The position numbers and the translations under genes are program-made. The notes beneath the pieces were generated by a model that did no database searches, had not been told where the DNA came from, and worked only from the letters and a program-made list of their open reading frames with translations. Below, in pieces: positions 26,917 to 35,326 of a stretch of 64,000 bases of DNA. Position 1 is the first letter of the stretch. Every line of letters begins with the position of its first letter. This DNA comes from Candidatus Iainarchaeum sp. (lineage in GTDB: Archaea; Nanobdellota; Nanobdellia; Pacearchaeales; GW2011-AR1): assembly GCA_043815085.1 (NCBI GenBank), contig JBDRJG010000001.1, positions 1,594 through 65,593 on the forward strand, read 5' to 3'.

Positions 26917-27327
26917 ATGGCAGAGAGAAAAAGACCCAAATTTTTAAGAAGGACTTCAGTAAGATTGTCTAAATTAGGGAAAAAAAGAAAGAAAAAACAA
27001 ATCTGGAGAAGACCCACTGGCAGAGATAATAAAATGAGAGAAAAAAGAAGAGGAAAGCCCGCTACTGTGAGCACGGGATATTCTACAGAAAAGAGTATTA
27101 AAGGAAAAATAAATGGAAAAACTCCTGTATTTGTAAAAAATATTGAAGAACTTAAAAATATAGGGAAAAATCAGATAGTAACTCTTGGAAAAATAGGAAA
27201 AAAGAAAAAAATTGAAATTGCAAAAAAGGCAAGAGAATTGAAAATTGAAATTGCAAATTTAAATATTAAAAAGTTCCTTAGGAAAAACGACAAGAAGACA
27301 GAAAATAAACAGGAGAATAAAAAATGA
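26917..27327 (+). CDS. rpl32e: ribosomal protein L32e
   Basis: 136 aa. PKFLRRTSVRLSKLGKKRKKKQIWRRPTGRDNKMR matches L32e. K-rich C-terminal tail. Confidence 0.85.
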   Translation: MAERKRPKFLRRTSVRLSKLGKKRKKKQIWRRPTGRDNKMREKRRGKPATVSTGYSTEKSIKGKINGKTPVFVKNIEELKNIGKNQIVTLGKIGKKKKIEIAKKARELKIEIANLNIKKFLRKNDKKTENKQENKK

Positions 27328-27761
27328 ACCTGAGAGCTAAAAAACAACTTGCTGCAAAGACTTTCGGAATTGGAAAAGAAAGGGTTCTTTTCATAGAAGA
27401 AAGATTAGATGAAATTAAAGAAGCAATAACAAAGCAGGATATGAGGGATTTATACAGGGATGGAGCAATAAAAATCAAAGAAATTAAAGGAAGAAAAAAG
27501 ATAAAAACAAAGAAAAGAAAGAGAAGTGCTGGAAATATTAGAAAAAATGTGAATGTAAGAAAAAGGAATTATGTCATACTTACTAGAAAACTAAGAAAAT
27601 ATGCTAAAGATTTGAAGAATAGAGGAGAATTAGACAAGAATAAAATAAAAGAAATAAGGAAAAAAATAAGAAACAAAACATTTAGAAGTAAGGCTCATAT
27701 GAAAGAGCAAATAGGAGAAAACAAACATGAAAGTCCAAAAACGAAGAAGAAGAGAAAATAA
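27324..27761 (+). CDS. rpl19e: ribosomal protein L19e
   Basis: 145 aa. MNLRAKKQLAAKTFGIGKERVLF is the L19e N-terminus. Confidence 0.85.
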   Translation: MNLRAKKQLAAKTFGIGKERVLFIEERLDEIKEAITKQDMRDLYRDGAIKIKEIKGRKKIKTKKRKRSAGNIRKNVNVRKRNYVILTRKLRKYAKDLKNRGELDKNKIKEIRKKIRNKTFRSKAHMKEQIGENKHESPKTKKKRK

Positions 27762-28215
27762 GACAGATTATCTAAAAAGATTGAAACTGCTCAAAGGAGA
27801 AAAACCCAGAATAGTATTTAGAAAAACAAATAGATATATTCTCGCCCAATATATTATTAGTAAAGAAGCTCAGGATAAGGTGTTGGTTGGAATGAATTCT
27901 AAAGAATTGAACAATTATGGCTGGCCAAAGAATGCACAAGGAAGTTTGAAATCTATTACAGCTTCATATTTAATTGGATATCTAATAGGCAAAAAAATTT
28001 CTGCAAAAAAATTAGAGAATCCTATTTTAGATAGTGGAATGAATAGGGTCTTGCACAAAAATAAAATTTATGCTTTCCTCAAGGGATTGATTGATTCTGA
28101 AGTTAAAATTAGCTGTAAAAAGGAATTATTTCCAGAAGAATCTAGAATAAAAGGAGAACATCTAAAATCTAAAATCCCTTTTCAAGAAATTAAATCAAAG
28201 ATGGAAAAATTGTAG
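27727..28215 (+). CDS. rpl18: ribosomal protein uL18
   Basis: 162 aa. KRRRRENKTDYLKRLKLLKGEKPRIVFRKTNRYILAQYI matches archaeal L18. Confidence 0.85.
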   Translation: MKVQKRRRRENKTDYLKRLKLLKGEKPRIVFRKTNRYILAQYIISKEAQDKVLVGMNSKELNNYGWPKNAQGSLKSITASYLIGYLIGKKISAKKLENPILDSGMNRVLHKNKIYAFLKGLIDSEVKISCKKELFPEESRIKGEHLKSKIPFQEIKSKMEKL

Positions 28216-28315
28216 AAATGAAAATAAGAAATTTTCTAAGTCCTCATAAATTCTGGATACAAAATCAAGAAAAAAATTTGCATTTAGAAATAAATGCTCA
28301 AGGAGATTTTGCATA

Positions 28316-29104
28316 ATGGAAAAAGAATTAGAAAAAAAAGGAATTGAAAAAGAAGAAGACGAGTACGCTGAAATTCCTGAAAAAGTCCTTGATGTTAAAG
28401 ATTTAAAAGAACTCGAACTTATGAATAAAAACAAAGCACCAGAGGAAAAGAAAGAAGGAGCAAGCGGATCCTGGATTCCTAAAACCCGTCTAGGAATTGA
28501 GGTTAAATCCGGAAAAATAAAAAATATTGATGAAATTCTAAAATTAAATAGAAAAATCCTTGAAGTTGAAATTGTGGATTATCTTCTAAACACTAAAACA
28601 GATTTACTTTCAATTGGACAATCAAAAGGAAAATTCGGAGGAGGGAAAAGAAGAGCGTGGAGACAAACTCAAAGAAAAAAGAAAGAGGGAAATGTTCCAA
28701 CATTTTCTGCAATGGCTGTTGCAGGCGATGAAAACGGACACATTGGAATAGGTTATGGAAAATCGATGGAGACTCTTCCTGCTCGAGATAAAGCGACACG
28801 AAAAGCAAAATTAAATATAATAAAAATAAAGAGAGCGTGTTCAGGATTTGACTGTGACTGCCAAGAATTACACACTGTTCCATTTAAGGTAACTGGAAAA
28901 GCCGGAAGTGTGAGAGTAACCCTCATACCTGCCTCTCAAGGAACAGGACTAGTTGTTGCAAATGAACTAAAAAAGATATTAAAACTTGCAGGAATTAAAG
29001 ATGTTTACAGTAAAACATCTGGAAAAGTGAGAACAACATTTAATTTAGCCAAGGCCTGCATGGGTGCTTTGGAGAAGACAACCTCAATGGAGAATAGAGA
29101 ATGA
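28316..29104 (+). CDS. rps5: ribosomal protein uS5 with an acidic roughly 50-aa N-terminal extension
   Basis: 262 aa. WIPKTRLGIEVKSGKI. The S5 dsRBD-like and C-terminal domains are conserved. Confidence 0.85.
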   Translation: MEKELEKKGIEKEEDEYAEIPEKVLDVKDLKELELMNKNKAPEEKKEGASGSWIPKTRLGIEVKSGKIKNIDEILKLNRKILEVEIVDYLLNTKTDLLSIGQSKGKFGGGKRRAWRQTQRKKKEGNVPTFSAMAVAGDENGHIGIGYGKSMETLPARDKATRKAKLNIIKIKRACSGFDCDCQELHTVPFKVTGKAGSVRVTLIPASQGTGLVVANELKKILKLAGIKDVYSKTSGKVRTTFNLAKACMGALEKTTSMENRE

Positions 29105-29463
29105 TATGCATAATTAGAATAAAAGGGCAAGTTGGATTAAGAAGAGATATAGTTGAAACATTGAATCGACTTAGATTGAGAAGAAAATATTCTTGTATTG
29201 TTTTGGAAAAGCCAAATGAAATTCAATTGGGAATGATAAAAAAATTGAGAGATTTTATTGCTTATGGAGAAATTAGCAAAGATACATATAAAGAACTAAT
29301 AAAGAAAAGAGGGATTAAGGATAAAAATGGAAATCTAAAACCTTTTTTTAGACTACACCCCCCTAGAAAAGGAATTGAATCTAAAAAGCATTTCGGAGTT
29401 GGAAAAGGTGTTTTAGGAAATAATGGTGAAAAAATAAATGATTTAGTATTAAGGATGTTGTAA
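29101..29463 (+). CDS. rpl30: ribosomal protein uL30
   Basis: 120 aa. ICIIRIKGQVGLRRDIVETLNRLRLRRKYSCIVL is the L30 ferredoxin-like signature. Confidence 0.85.
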   Translation: MICIIRIKGQVGLRRDIVETLNRLRLRRKYSCIVLEKPNEIQLGMIKKLRDFIAYGEISKDTYKELIKKRGIKDKNGNLKPFFRLHPPRKGIESKKHFGVGKGVLGNNGEKINDLVLRML

Positions 29464-29464
29464 A

Positions 29465-29947
29465 ATGTCATTCAAAAAAACACATAAACGAAAAAAAGTA
29501 TCAAGAATGCATGGAAAGAGTATGGGAACCCATGGATGGGGGGCGAGAAAGAAACATAAAAAATCAGGACATAGAGGAGGGACCGGGATGGCTGGTTCTG
29601 GAAAAAGAGGAGATCAAAAAACCACACTTATTACAAAATTATATGGAAACACGTACTTTGGAAAACAAGGAATTACTTCCAGAAAAACTAAAAGAGATAC
29701 TCGACAGAGAATTAATCTTGAACAAATTGATAAAAACCTTGAAAAGTATGGAAAGAAAACTGCAAAAGGATGGGAAATCAATCTTGAAAAATATAAAATA
29801 TTAGGAAAAGGGGAAATAAAAAATAAATTATTCATAAAATCTTCAGATGCCTCCAAGTCTGCATTAAAGAAAGTGAAGAAGGCTGGAGGAGAAATCATTC
29901 TTCCCAATAAAAAACAGAAAAAAGAAGAAAATTCTGAAGAGAAATAA
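29465..29947 (+). CDS. rpl15: ribosomal protein uL15
   Basis: 160 aa. GWGARKKHKKSGHRGGTGMAGSGKRG is the L15 Gly-rich N-terminus. Confidence 0.85.
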   Translation: MSFKKTHKRKKVSRMHGKSMGTHGWGARKKHKKSGHRGGTGMAGSGKRGDQKTTLITKLYGNTYFGKQGITSRKTKRDTRQRINLEQIDKNLEKYGKKTAKGWEINLEKYKILGKGEIKNKLFIKSSDASKSALKKVKKAGGEIILPNKKQKKEENSEEK

Positions 29948-30002
29948 ATCTGGATTATTGAAAAATCCCAATCTTTAAAAACTGATTTTTATTTAATAAA
30001 AA

Positions 30003-31394
30003 ATGGATTTAAGAAAGATTTTTAACTATATTCCAGAAGTTAAAAAGCCAGAGGAAAAAAAACTTGCATTTAATGTAAAACTCAAATGGACATTAATAGT
30101 TCTTGTCGCTTTTTTCATTCTTGCAAATATTTCTTTGTTCGGAATGTCAAATAATGCCCTTGAAAGATTCAAATATTTGGCAATTATACTTGGAACAGAT
30201 TTTGGTTCGATAATTTCATTGGGTATTGGCCCAATTGTTATGGCTTCTATTATCCTACAATTATTAACTGGTGCAGGAATATTAAATATAGACATCACAA
30301 CTACAGAAGGTAAAAAATTCTTTCAGGGAGTCCAAAAACTTCTTGTCTTCTTTTTCATAATATTTGAATCATGCGTTTATGTATTAATGAAAGGGCTCGA
30401 AGCAATGCCGGGATTTACAGGAATAGTTATCTTTCAACTGATGCTCGGTGGACTTGCAATATTTTACATGAATGAACTTTGTGAAAAATGGGGCTTTGGC
30501 TCTGGTGTTAGTTTGTTTATCGCGGCTGGAGTTTCATGGCATTTATTCTCTGGAGCATTTCAATTTGTAAATCAGCAAGGAGGAAATTGTTTGCTTGATT
30601 TCAAAGGAACTCCTTGTTCAGGAAGGGTTTTAGTTCTGATACAATCTCTGATAAACAAATATCCAGTAGAATTCACGTCTGCTCTTGCAGCCATAATTGC
30701 CACAGTTATAATTTTCCTAATTGTTGTTTGGGCTCAATCATTAAAAGTTGAAATTCCATTATCATTCGGGAGAATAAGAGGGTATGCTATAAAATGGCCT
30801 TTGGCATTTTTCTATGCTTCTGTTATTCCAGTAATTTTAACAGCTGCTTTGGTTGCAAACATACAATTATTTGGGGGATTGCTTGAAAACTGGGCAGGAC
30901 ATCCAACTTTCTTAGGACACTTTGTAAACGGACGCGCAGCCTCTGGTTTTGCTTTCTGGCTAGGAGATACAAATCTTCTTGAGTTAATTATAAGGGGAGG
31001 ATTTTTGCCAAGATTCTTATTACAAGGATTAACGCACATCCTTTTCTATATTGGACTTTGTACAATGTTCTCTGTATTCTGGGTTAAGACTTCTGGGATG
31101 GATTCAAAAGCACAAGCTCAAAAGATTGCTTCTTCAGGATTGCAAGTTTCTGGATTCAGACAAGACATAAGAATTTTAGAGAGCATTTTAGACAGATACA
31201 TCATGCCTCTTACAGTTATGGGGGGTGCTGCAATTGGACTTCTCGCTGCAACAACAGACCTGCTCGGTGCATTAGCATCTGGAACTGCAATACTTCTAGT
31301 TATTATGATTATGTTCCAATTTTACCAGAACATTGCACAGCAACACATGACAGACATGAATCCTACTATGCGTAAATTCATGGGCACGGGATAA
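30003..31394 (+). CDS. secY: preprotein translocase subunit SecY
   Basis: 463 aa, 10 TM. Follows rpl15 as in all archaea. Conserved plug and TM2/TM7 regions. Confidence 0.9.
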   Translation: MDLRKIFNYIPEVKKPEEKKLAFNVKLKWTLIVLVAFFILANISLFGMSNNALERFKYLAIILGTDFGSIISLGIGPIVMASIILQLLTGAGILNIDITTTEGKKFFQGVQKLLVFFFIIFESCVYVLMKGLEAMPGFTGIVIFQLMLGGLAIFYMNELCEKWGFGSGVSLFIAAGVSWHLFSGAFQFVNQQGGNCLLDFKGTPCSGRVLVLIQSLINKYPVEFTSALAAIIATVIIFLIVVWAQSLKVEIPLSFGRIRGYAIKWPLAFFYASVIPVILTAALVANIQLFGGLLENWAGHPTFLGHFVNGRAASGFAFWLGDTNLLELIIRGGFLPRFLLQGLTHILFYIGLCTMFSVFWVKTSGMDSKAQAQKIASSGLQVSGFRQDIRILESILDRYIMPLTVMGGAAIGLLAATTDLLGALASGTAILLVIMIMFQFYQNIAQQHMTDMNPTMRKFMGTG

Positions 31395-31423
31395 GTAAGT
31401 TTAAAAGAGACTTTTGATATTTA

Positions 31424-32041
31424 ATGAATATGACAGAAGAAAACATTTTACCTGAAAATAAAGAGGGGGGATCTTCAGTTCCTCTTGTGGCTCAAAACAA
31501 CAAATCTGCAAAGGAAGGAAGTTTTATGCCTTTAATTCTTATAATGATTGCATCCATGCTAATTGCTTTCTATTGGGATAAACTTCCCTGGATTAGCAAC
31601 TCCATTCACACTATATTTGACCCAAGCGCAGGTGCATTAATAGATTGGAACCTAAATTTAGGAATGATTCTCATTGTATTTGTAATAACACTTCTTACTA
31701 CATTAGTTCAGAAATATGCAACAGATCAAAAGACACTAAAGGAATTAAAAACAGAACAGAAGGAAATCCAAAAACAAATGAAGGAATTTAAAAATCATCC
31801 TGAAAAGGTAATGGAATTGCAAAAAAAACAATTTGCAATGATGCCAAAACAAATGAAGTTAAGCATGAGGGCTATAGCTTATACTGGGATTCCATTTATT
31901 TTGTTCTTTAGATGGTTTAATGATTATTTTATTGCTGCAGGAAATCCAAAATTCTTTGGTTTTCTTGGTTGGTTTTGGTTTTACTTTCTTTTTGCCATAA
32001 TTTTTGGTTCTATTCTTAGAAAGTATTTAGATGTTGTTTAG
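31424..32041 (+). CDS. DUF106 family membrane protein (archaeal YidC/Oxa1/EMC3-like insertase homolog), putative
   Basis: 205 aa. A TM helix is followed by a coiled-coil cytosolic segment (KTLKELKTEQKEIQKQMKEF...ELQKKQFAMMPKQMKL) and two more TM helices. This architecture and its position downstream of secY are typical of DUF106/Ylp1. Confidence 0.5.
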   Translation: MNMTEENILPENKEGGSSVPLVAQNNKSAKEGSFMPLILIMIASMLIAFYWDKLPWISNSIHTIFDPSAGALIDWNLNLGMILIVFVITLLTTLVQKYATDQKTLKELKTEQKEIQKQMKEFKNHPEKVMELQKKQFAMMPKQMKLSMRAIAYTGIPFILFFRWFNDYFIAAGNPKFFGFLGWFWFYFLFAIIFGSILRKYLDVV

Positions 32042-32075
32042 GAAGATTTAAAAGTAATTTATTTTTGTTTTTAGA

Positions 32076-32546
32076 ATGGAAATCAACGAACAAGAATTAA
32101 TGCTTAAATTTCAAATGTTTGAGCAGCAAATTCGTGCAATTCAACAGCAACTACAGGCAGTTGAAGAAGCAATTTTAGATGTAAGCAATCTTAATTTAGG
32201 ACTTGATGATTTAGTTGGAAAAAGAGATTCTGAGATTTTTGCACCAATTGGAAGAGGAATCTATGCTAAAGCTAAACTTCTTTCTGAAGAGCTATTAGTG
32301 GATATTGGGAACAAAAATTTTGTTAAAAAATCAATTCCCGAGACAAAAGAGATTATACAAAATCAAATCAAAAAATTAGAAAAATTAAAAGAGGAATTAA
32401 ACTGCGGTTTAGAGAATATTAATGAAGAATTAACAAGAACTTTTGAAGAAAGTCAAAAAAAGCATAGTTCTTCTGAATGTGATTGTGGAGAAAACTGCGA
32501 ATGCTCTGAACAGGATGAGAATTGTGAATGTAAAAAGGAAAATTAA
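32076..32546 (+). CDS. prefoldin alpha-like coiled-coil protein with a Cys-rich C-terminal tail
   Basis: 156 aa. An N-terminal coiled coil, then a central beta-hairpin region (IFAPIGRGIYAKAKLLSEELLVDIGNKNFVKKSIPE), then a C-terminal coiled coil. The tail is HSSSECDCGENCECSEQDENCECKKEN. Confidence 0.5.
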   Translation: MEINEQELMLKFQMFEQQIRAIQQQLQAVEEAILDVSNLNLGLDDLVGKRDSEIFAPIGRGIYAKAKLLSEELLVDIGNKNFVKKSIPETKEIIQNQIKKLEKLKEELNCGLENINEELTRTFEESQKKHSSSECDCGENCECSEQDENCECKKEN

Positions 32547-32548
32547 CA

Positions 32549-33355
32549 TTAAATCATTCTTCTAACAAACTTGTCATATTTCATCAAACCAAACTCAGTT
32601 ATTATTCCAGAAATATATTTTTTATTCACAAATTCAAATGCAGGATTTTTTAATTTGACATTTTTAGGTGCTTTATCCCAAACTTCATTCAAATTCCTTT
32701 GCTCAAGAGGAATTTTATTCTTTGAAAACTTCCAGGAATCAGCAACTATATAAACCGGAATTTTATTCTCCCTAGCTATTTTTGCAATTAACTCACTTCC
32801 AATTTTATTTATTGCTCCATTTTTTAGTAATGCATCTGCTCCAAGAAAGACCTTATTTACTTTTTTCATTCCTTGTTTTTTTGAAAGAGCATCATCAAGG
32901 GCAGAATCAACAAACATTGTTACTTTTATTTTTGATTTTGCCAATTCTTTTGCTGTTTTTCTTCCTTGAAATAATGGGCGGGTTTCTGTATTATAAACTT
33001 CAAATTTCTTTCCTTTTTTCTTCGCATAAATCAGAGCATTAACAACATTTGTTGAATGGCAATGTGTAAATATTATATCCTTTTTTTTAATTAATTTATA
33101 AACAGCTTCGTTAATTTTACCCTGGGTGGAATTAAAATGATTTAAAATTTCATTATATTTCTTTTTTTCAGCTAAATTCAAAACATAAATCATCATCGGT
33201 TCTGTGGGTCTTGAATGCAAAATTCTATTCTTTGAAAATTTTGTTGGAAAAAGAGCATAGGCTTTTAGTGCTGCTCTGGCGATATTTACAGCTCCTTGAA
33301 TTCTAACAGATTTTATATCTCTCAAAATTTTTTCAAATTCTTTTTTCTTGTTCAT
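32549..33355 (-). CDS. eIF-2B alpha/beta/delta-family protein; candidate ribose-1,5-bisphosphate isomerase or aIF2B-like
   Basis: 268 aa. Family motifs: IFTHCHSTNVVNALIYAKKKGKKFEVYNTETRPLFQGRKTAKELA ... VFLGADALLKNGAINKIGSELIAKIARENKIPVYIVADSWKF. Confidence 0.6.
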   Translation of the reverse strand: MNKKKEFEKILRDIKSVRIQGAVNIARAALKAYALFPTKFSKNRILHSRPTEPMMIYVLNLAEKKKYNEILNHFNSTQGKINEAVYKLIKKKDIIFTHCHSTNVVNALIYAKKKGKKFEVYNTETRPLFQGRKTAKELAKSKIKVTMFVDSALDDALSKKQGMKKVNKVFLGADALLKNGAINKIGSELIAKIARENKIPVYIVADSWKFSKNKIPLEQRNLNEVWDKAPKNVKLKNPAFEFVNKKYISGIITEFGLMKYDKFVRRMI

Positions 33356-33405
33356 ATATTAAATAATTCCCTAACATTTAAAAATTCTCTTTTTTTAAGT
33401 AAAGA

Positions 33406-34257
33406 ATGCTAGAATCCCTTATTGATCCAAGAAAGAGTGAAAAAGGCCCATGGAAAATGTTCTTCGTCGGGCTCATTTATGCTTCACTTTCCCTTTTACT
33501 TGTTCACTGGTTTTTTAAAAATGATCCGGCATTATCAAAAGCTTCTGGAATAATGGTTGTTCTTTTCTGCATTATGTTCAGTTTGCCTTTCATGTATTTT
33601 ATAATTAAAAGAGAAGAGCAAGAAGATGAAGAAATAGAAGGTGCTTTTAGTGTTTGGAAGGCCCATAAAGATGCGATATTTGCTCTTATGTGGTTATTCT
33701 TTGGGTTTATAGTTGCTTTTTCTTTTTGGCACATTGTTCTTCAAGATGCCAATTTACTGAATTTTCAGATTCAAAGTTATTGCCAAATAAATAGCCCCGG
33801 AAATGTAGAAAATTGCGTTTTAGAATACTCTTCTGGAAATCCAACCGGAGCTATGACAAAAGAAATGAGACTCCTATCAATAATAGAAAATAATGCCTAT
33901 GTGATGATTTTTACTTTAATCTTTTCATTAATCTTTGGGGCAGGAGCAATTTTCATATTAGTATGGAATGCAAGCGTTATATCTGCTGCGATAGGAATCT
34001 TCACGAGGTATAATATAAGTGAAATTCCTTTGGGAATTGCGAGATACATGATACATGGATTTCCAGAGATTGCAGCCTATTTTATAACTGCTCTTGCTGG
34101 AGGAATTTTTGGGGTAGGGGCAATAAGACACGGTTTCAAAGACAGAAGGTTCTTGAGAGTTATTGAAAACACCGTAATATTACTCTTTATTGCACTGATT
34201 ATTTTAATCTTTGCTGCACTGATTGAAGTCTATTTTACCCCCTTGCTATTTAAATAA
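33406..34257 (+). CDS. SpoIIM/DUF95-like integral membrane protein, putative
   Basis: 283 aa, roughly 6 TM. HGFPEIAAYFITALAGGIFG resembles the DUF95 conserved HGxxEIPA segment. Confidence 0.4.
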   Translation: MLESLIDPRKSEKGPWKMFFVGLIYASLSLLLVHWFFKNDPALSKASGIMVVLFCIMFSLPFMYFIIKREEQEDEEIEGAFSVWKAHKDAIFALMWLFFGFIVAFSFWHIVLQDANLLNFQIQSYCQINSPGNVENCVLEYSSGNPTGAMTKEMRLLSIIENNAYVMIFTLIFSLIFGAGAIFILVWNASVISAAIGIFTRYNISEIPLGIARYMIHGFPEIAAYFITALAGGIFGVGAIRHGFKDRRFLRVIENTVILLFIALIILIFAALIEVYFTPLLFK

Positions 34258-34292
34258 TTAAATTTAAAACCTTTAATATTCATTAAGATAGA

Positions 34293-35285
34293 ATGGAACC
34301 GCTGTTAATACTCACAATATTTGTTAGTTTTTTCTGTTGTTTTCTTCTAATGCCCTTTTGGATAAGAAAAGCGAAACAAATAGGGCTGGTTTGGGAAGAC
34401 ATGAACAAATTAAATCCTAAAAAGAATGTCGCCGGTTCTGGAGGAATAATTGTTGTATTGAGTACAATGATTGGAATTTTCTTGTACATTGCAATACAAA
34501 CATTTTATTTTAAATCTTCAGATGGAATCTCTATAAGTATTTTTGCTATTCTCAGTTCTATGTTCCTTATAACCGGGGTGGGTTTAATGGACGATTTATT
34601 TGGTTGGAAAAAAGGCGGACTTTCAAAGCGTTCAAGAATTATTCTAATATTGTTATCTGCTGTCCCTTTAATGGTAATTAACGCGGGAGAATCAACAATG
34701 GCTGGAATAAATTTTGGTATACTTTACCCCTTGCTTATTATTCCATTTGGAGTTTTAGGTGCAACAACAACATTTAACTTTTTGGCAGGTTTTAATGGAC
34801 TTGAAGCAAGTCAAGGAATAATTCTATTATCAGCTATGGCAATTCTAACTTCTTTAACAGGGAATCCCTGGCTGAGTGTCGTTGCTTTGTGCATGGTTGC
34901 CTCTCTTATTGCATTTTATATATTCAATAAAAATCCTGCAAAAGTTTTTCCAGGAGATGTCTTAACATATTCTGTAGGAATGATGATTGCAGCCCTTGCA
35001 ATTGTTGGAAATGTGGAGAAAATAGCAGTATTTTTCTTTTTCCCCTATTTGCTTGAGATAATTCTGAAACTTAGGGGAAATCTAAAAAAACAAAGTTTTG
35101 GAAAACCAAACAAAGAGGGGAGCCTTGACATGCCCTATGAGAAGATTTATGGATTGGAACATTTAGCAATATACATTTTAAAGAAAATAAAGCCTAGCAA
35201 AAAAGCCTATGAAAATGAAGTAGTTTTACTAATAAATGGATTTCAAGTTTTGATAATAATCTTAGGATTTTTGTTGTTTCTCTAA
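34293..35285 (+). CDS. aglH: UDP-GlcNAc:dolichyl-phosphate GlcNAc-1-phosphate transferase (MraY/WecA/GPT family; AglH-like)
   Basis: 330 aa polytopic. MDDLFGWKKGG (DDxxD-like), NFLAGFNGLEASQG and VFPGDVLTYSVGMM are MraY/WecA family motifs. Confidence 0.75.
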   Translation: MEPLLILTIFVSFFCCFLLMPFWIRKAKQIGLVWEDMNKLNPKKNVAGSGGIIVVLSTMIGIFLYIAIQTFYFKSSDGISISIFAILSSMFLITGVGLMDDLFGWKKGGLSKRSRIILILLSAVPLMVINAGESTMAGINFGILYPLLIIPFGVLGATTTFNFLAGFNGLEASQGIILLSAMAILTSLTGNPWLSVVALCMVASLIAFYIFNKNPAKVFPGDVLTYSVGMMIAALAIVGNVEKIAVFFFFPYLLEIILKLRGNLKKQSFGKPNKEGSLDMPYEKIYGLEHLAIYILKKIKPSKKAYENEVVLLINGFQVLIIILGFLLFL

Positions 35286-35326
35286 AAATTAAAAAGGTTT
35301 TAAAATGAAGATTTCATATAGTTTTT

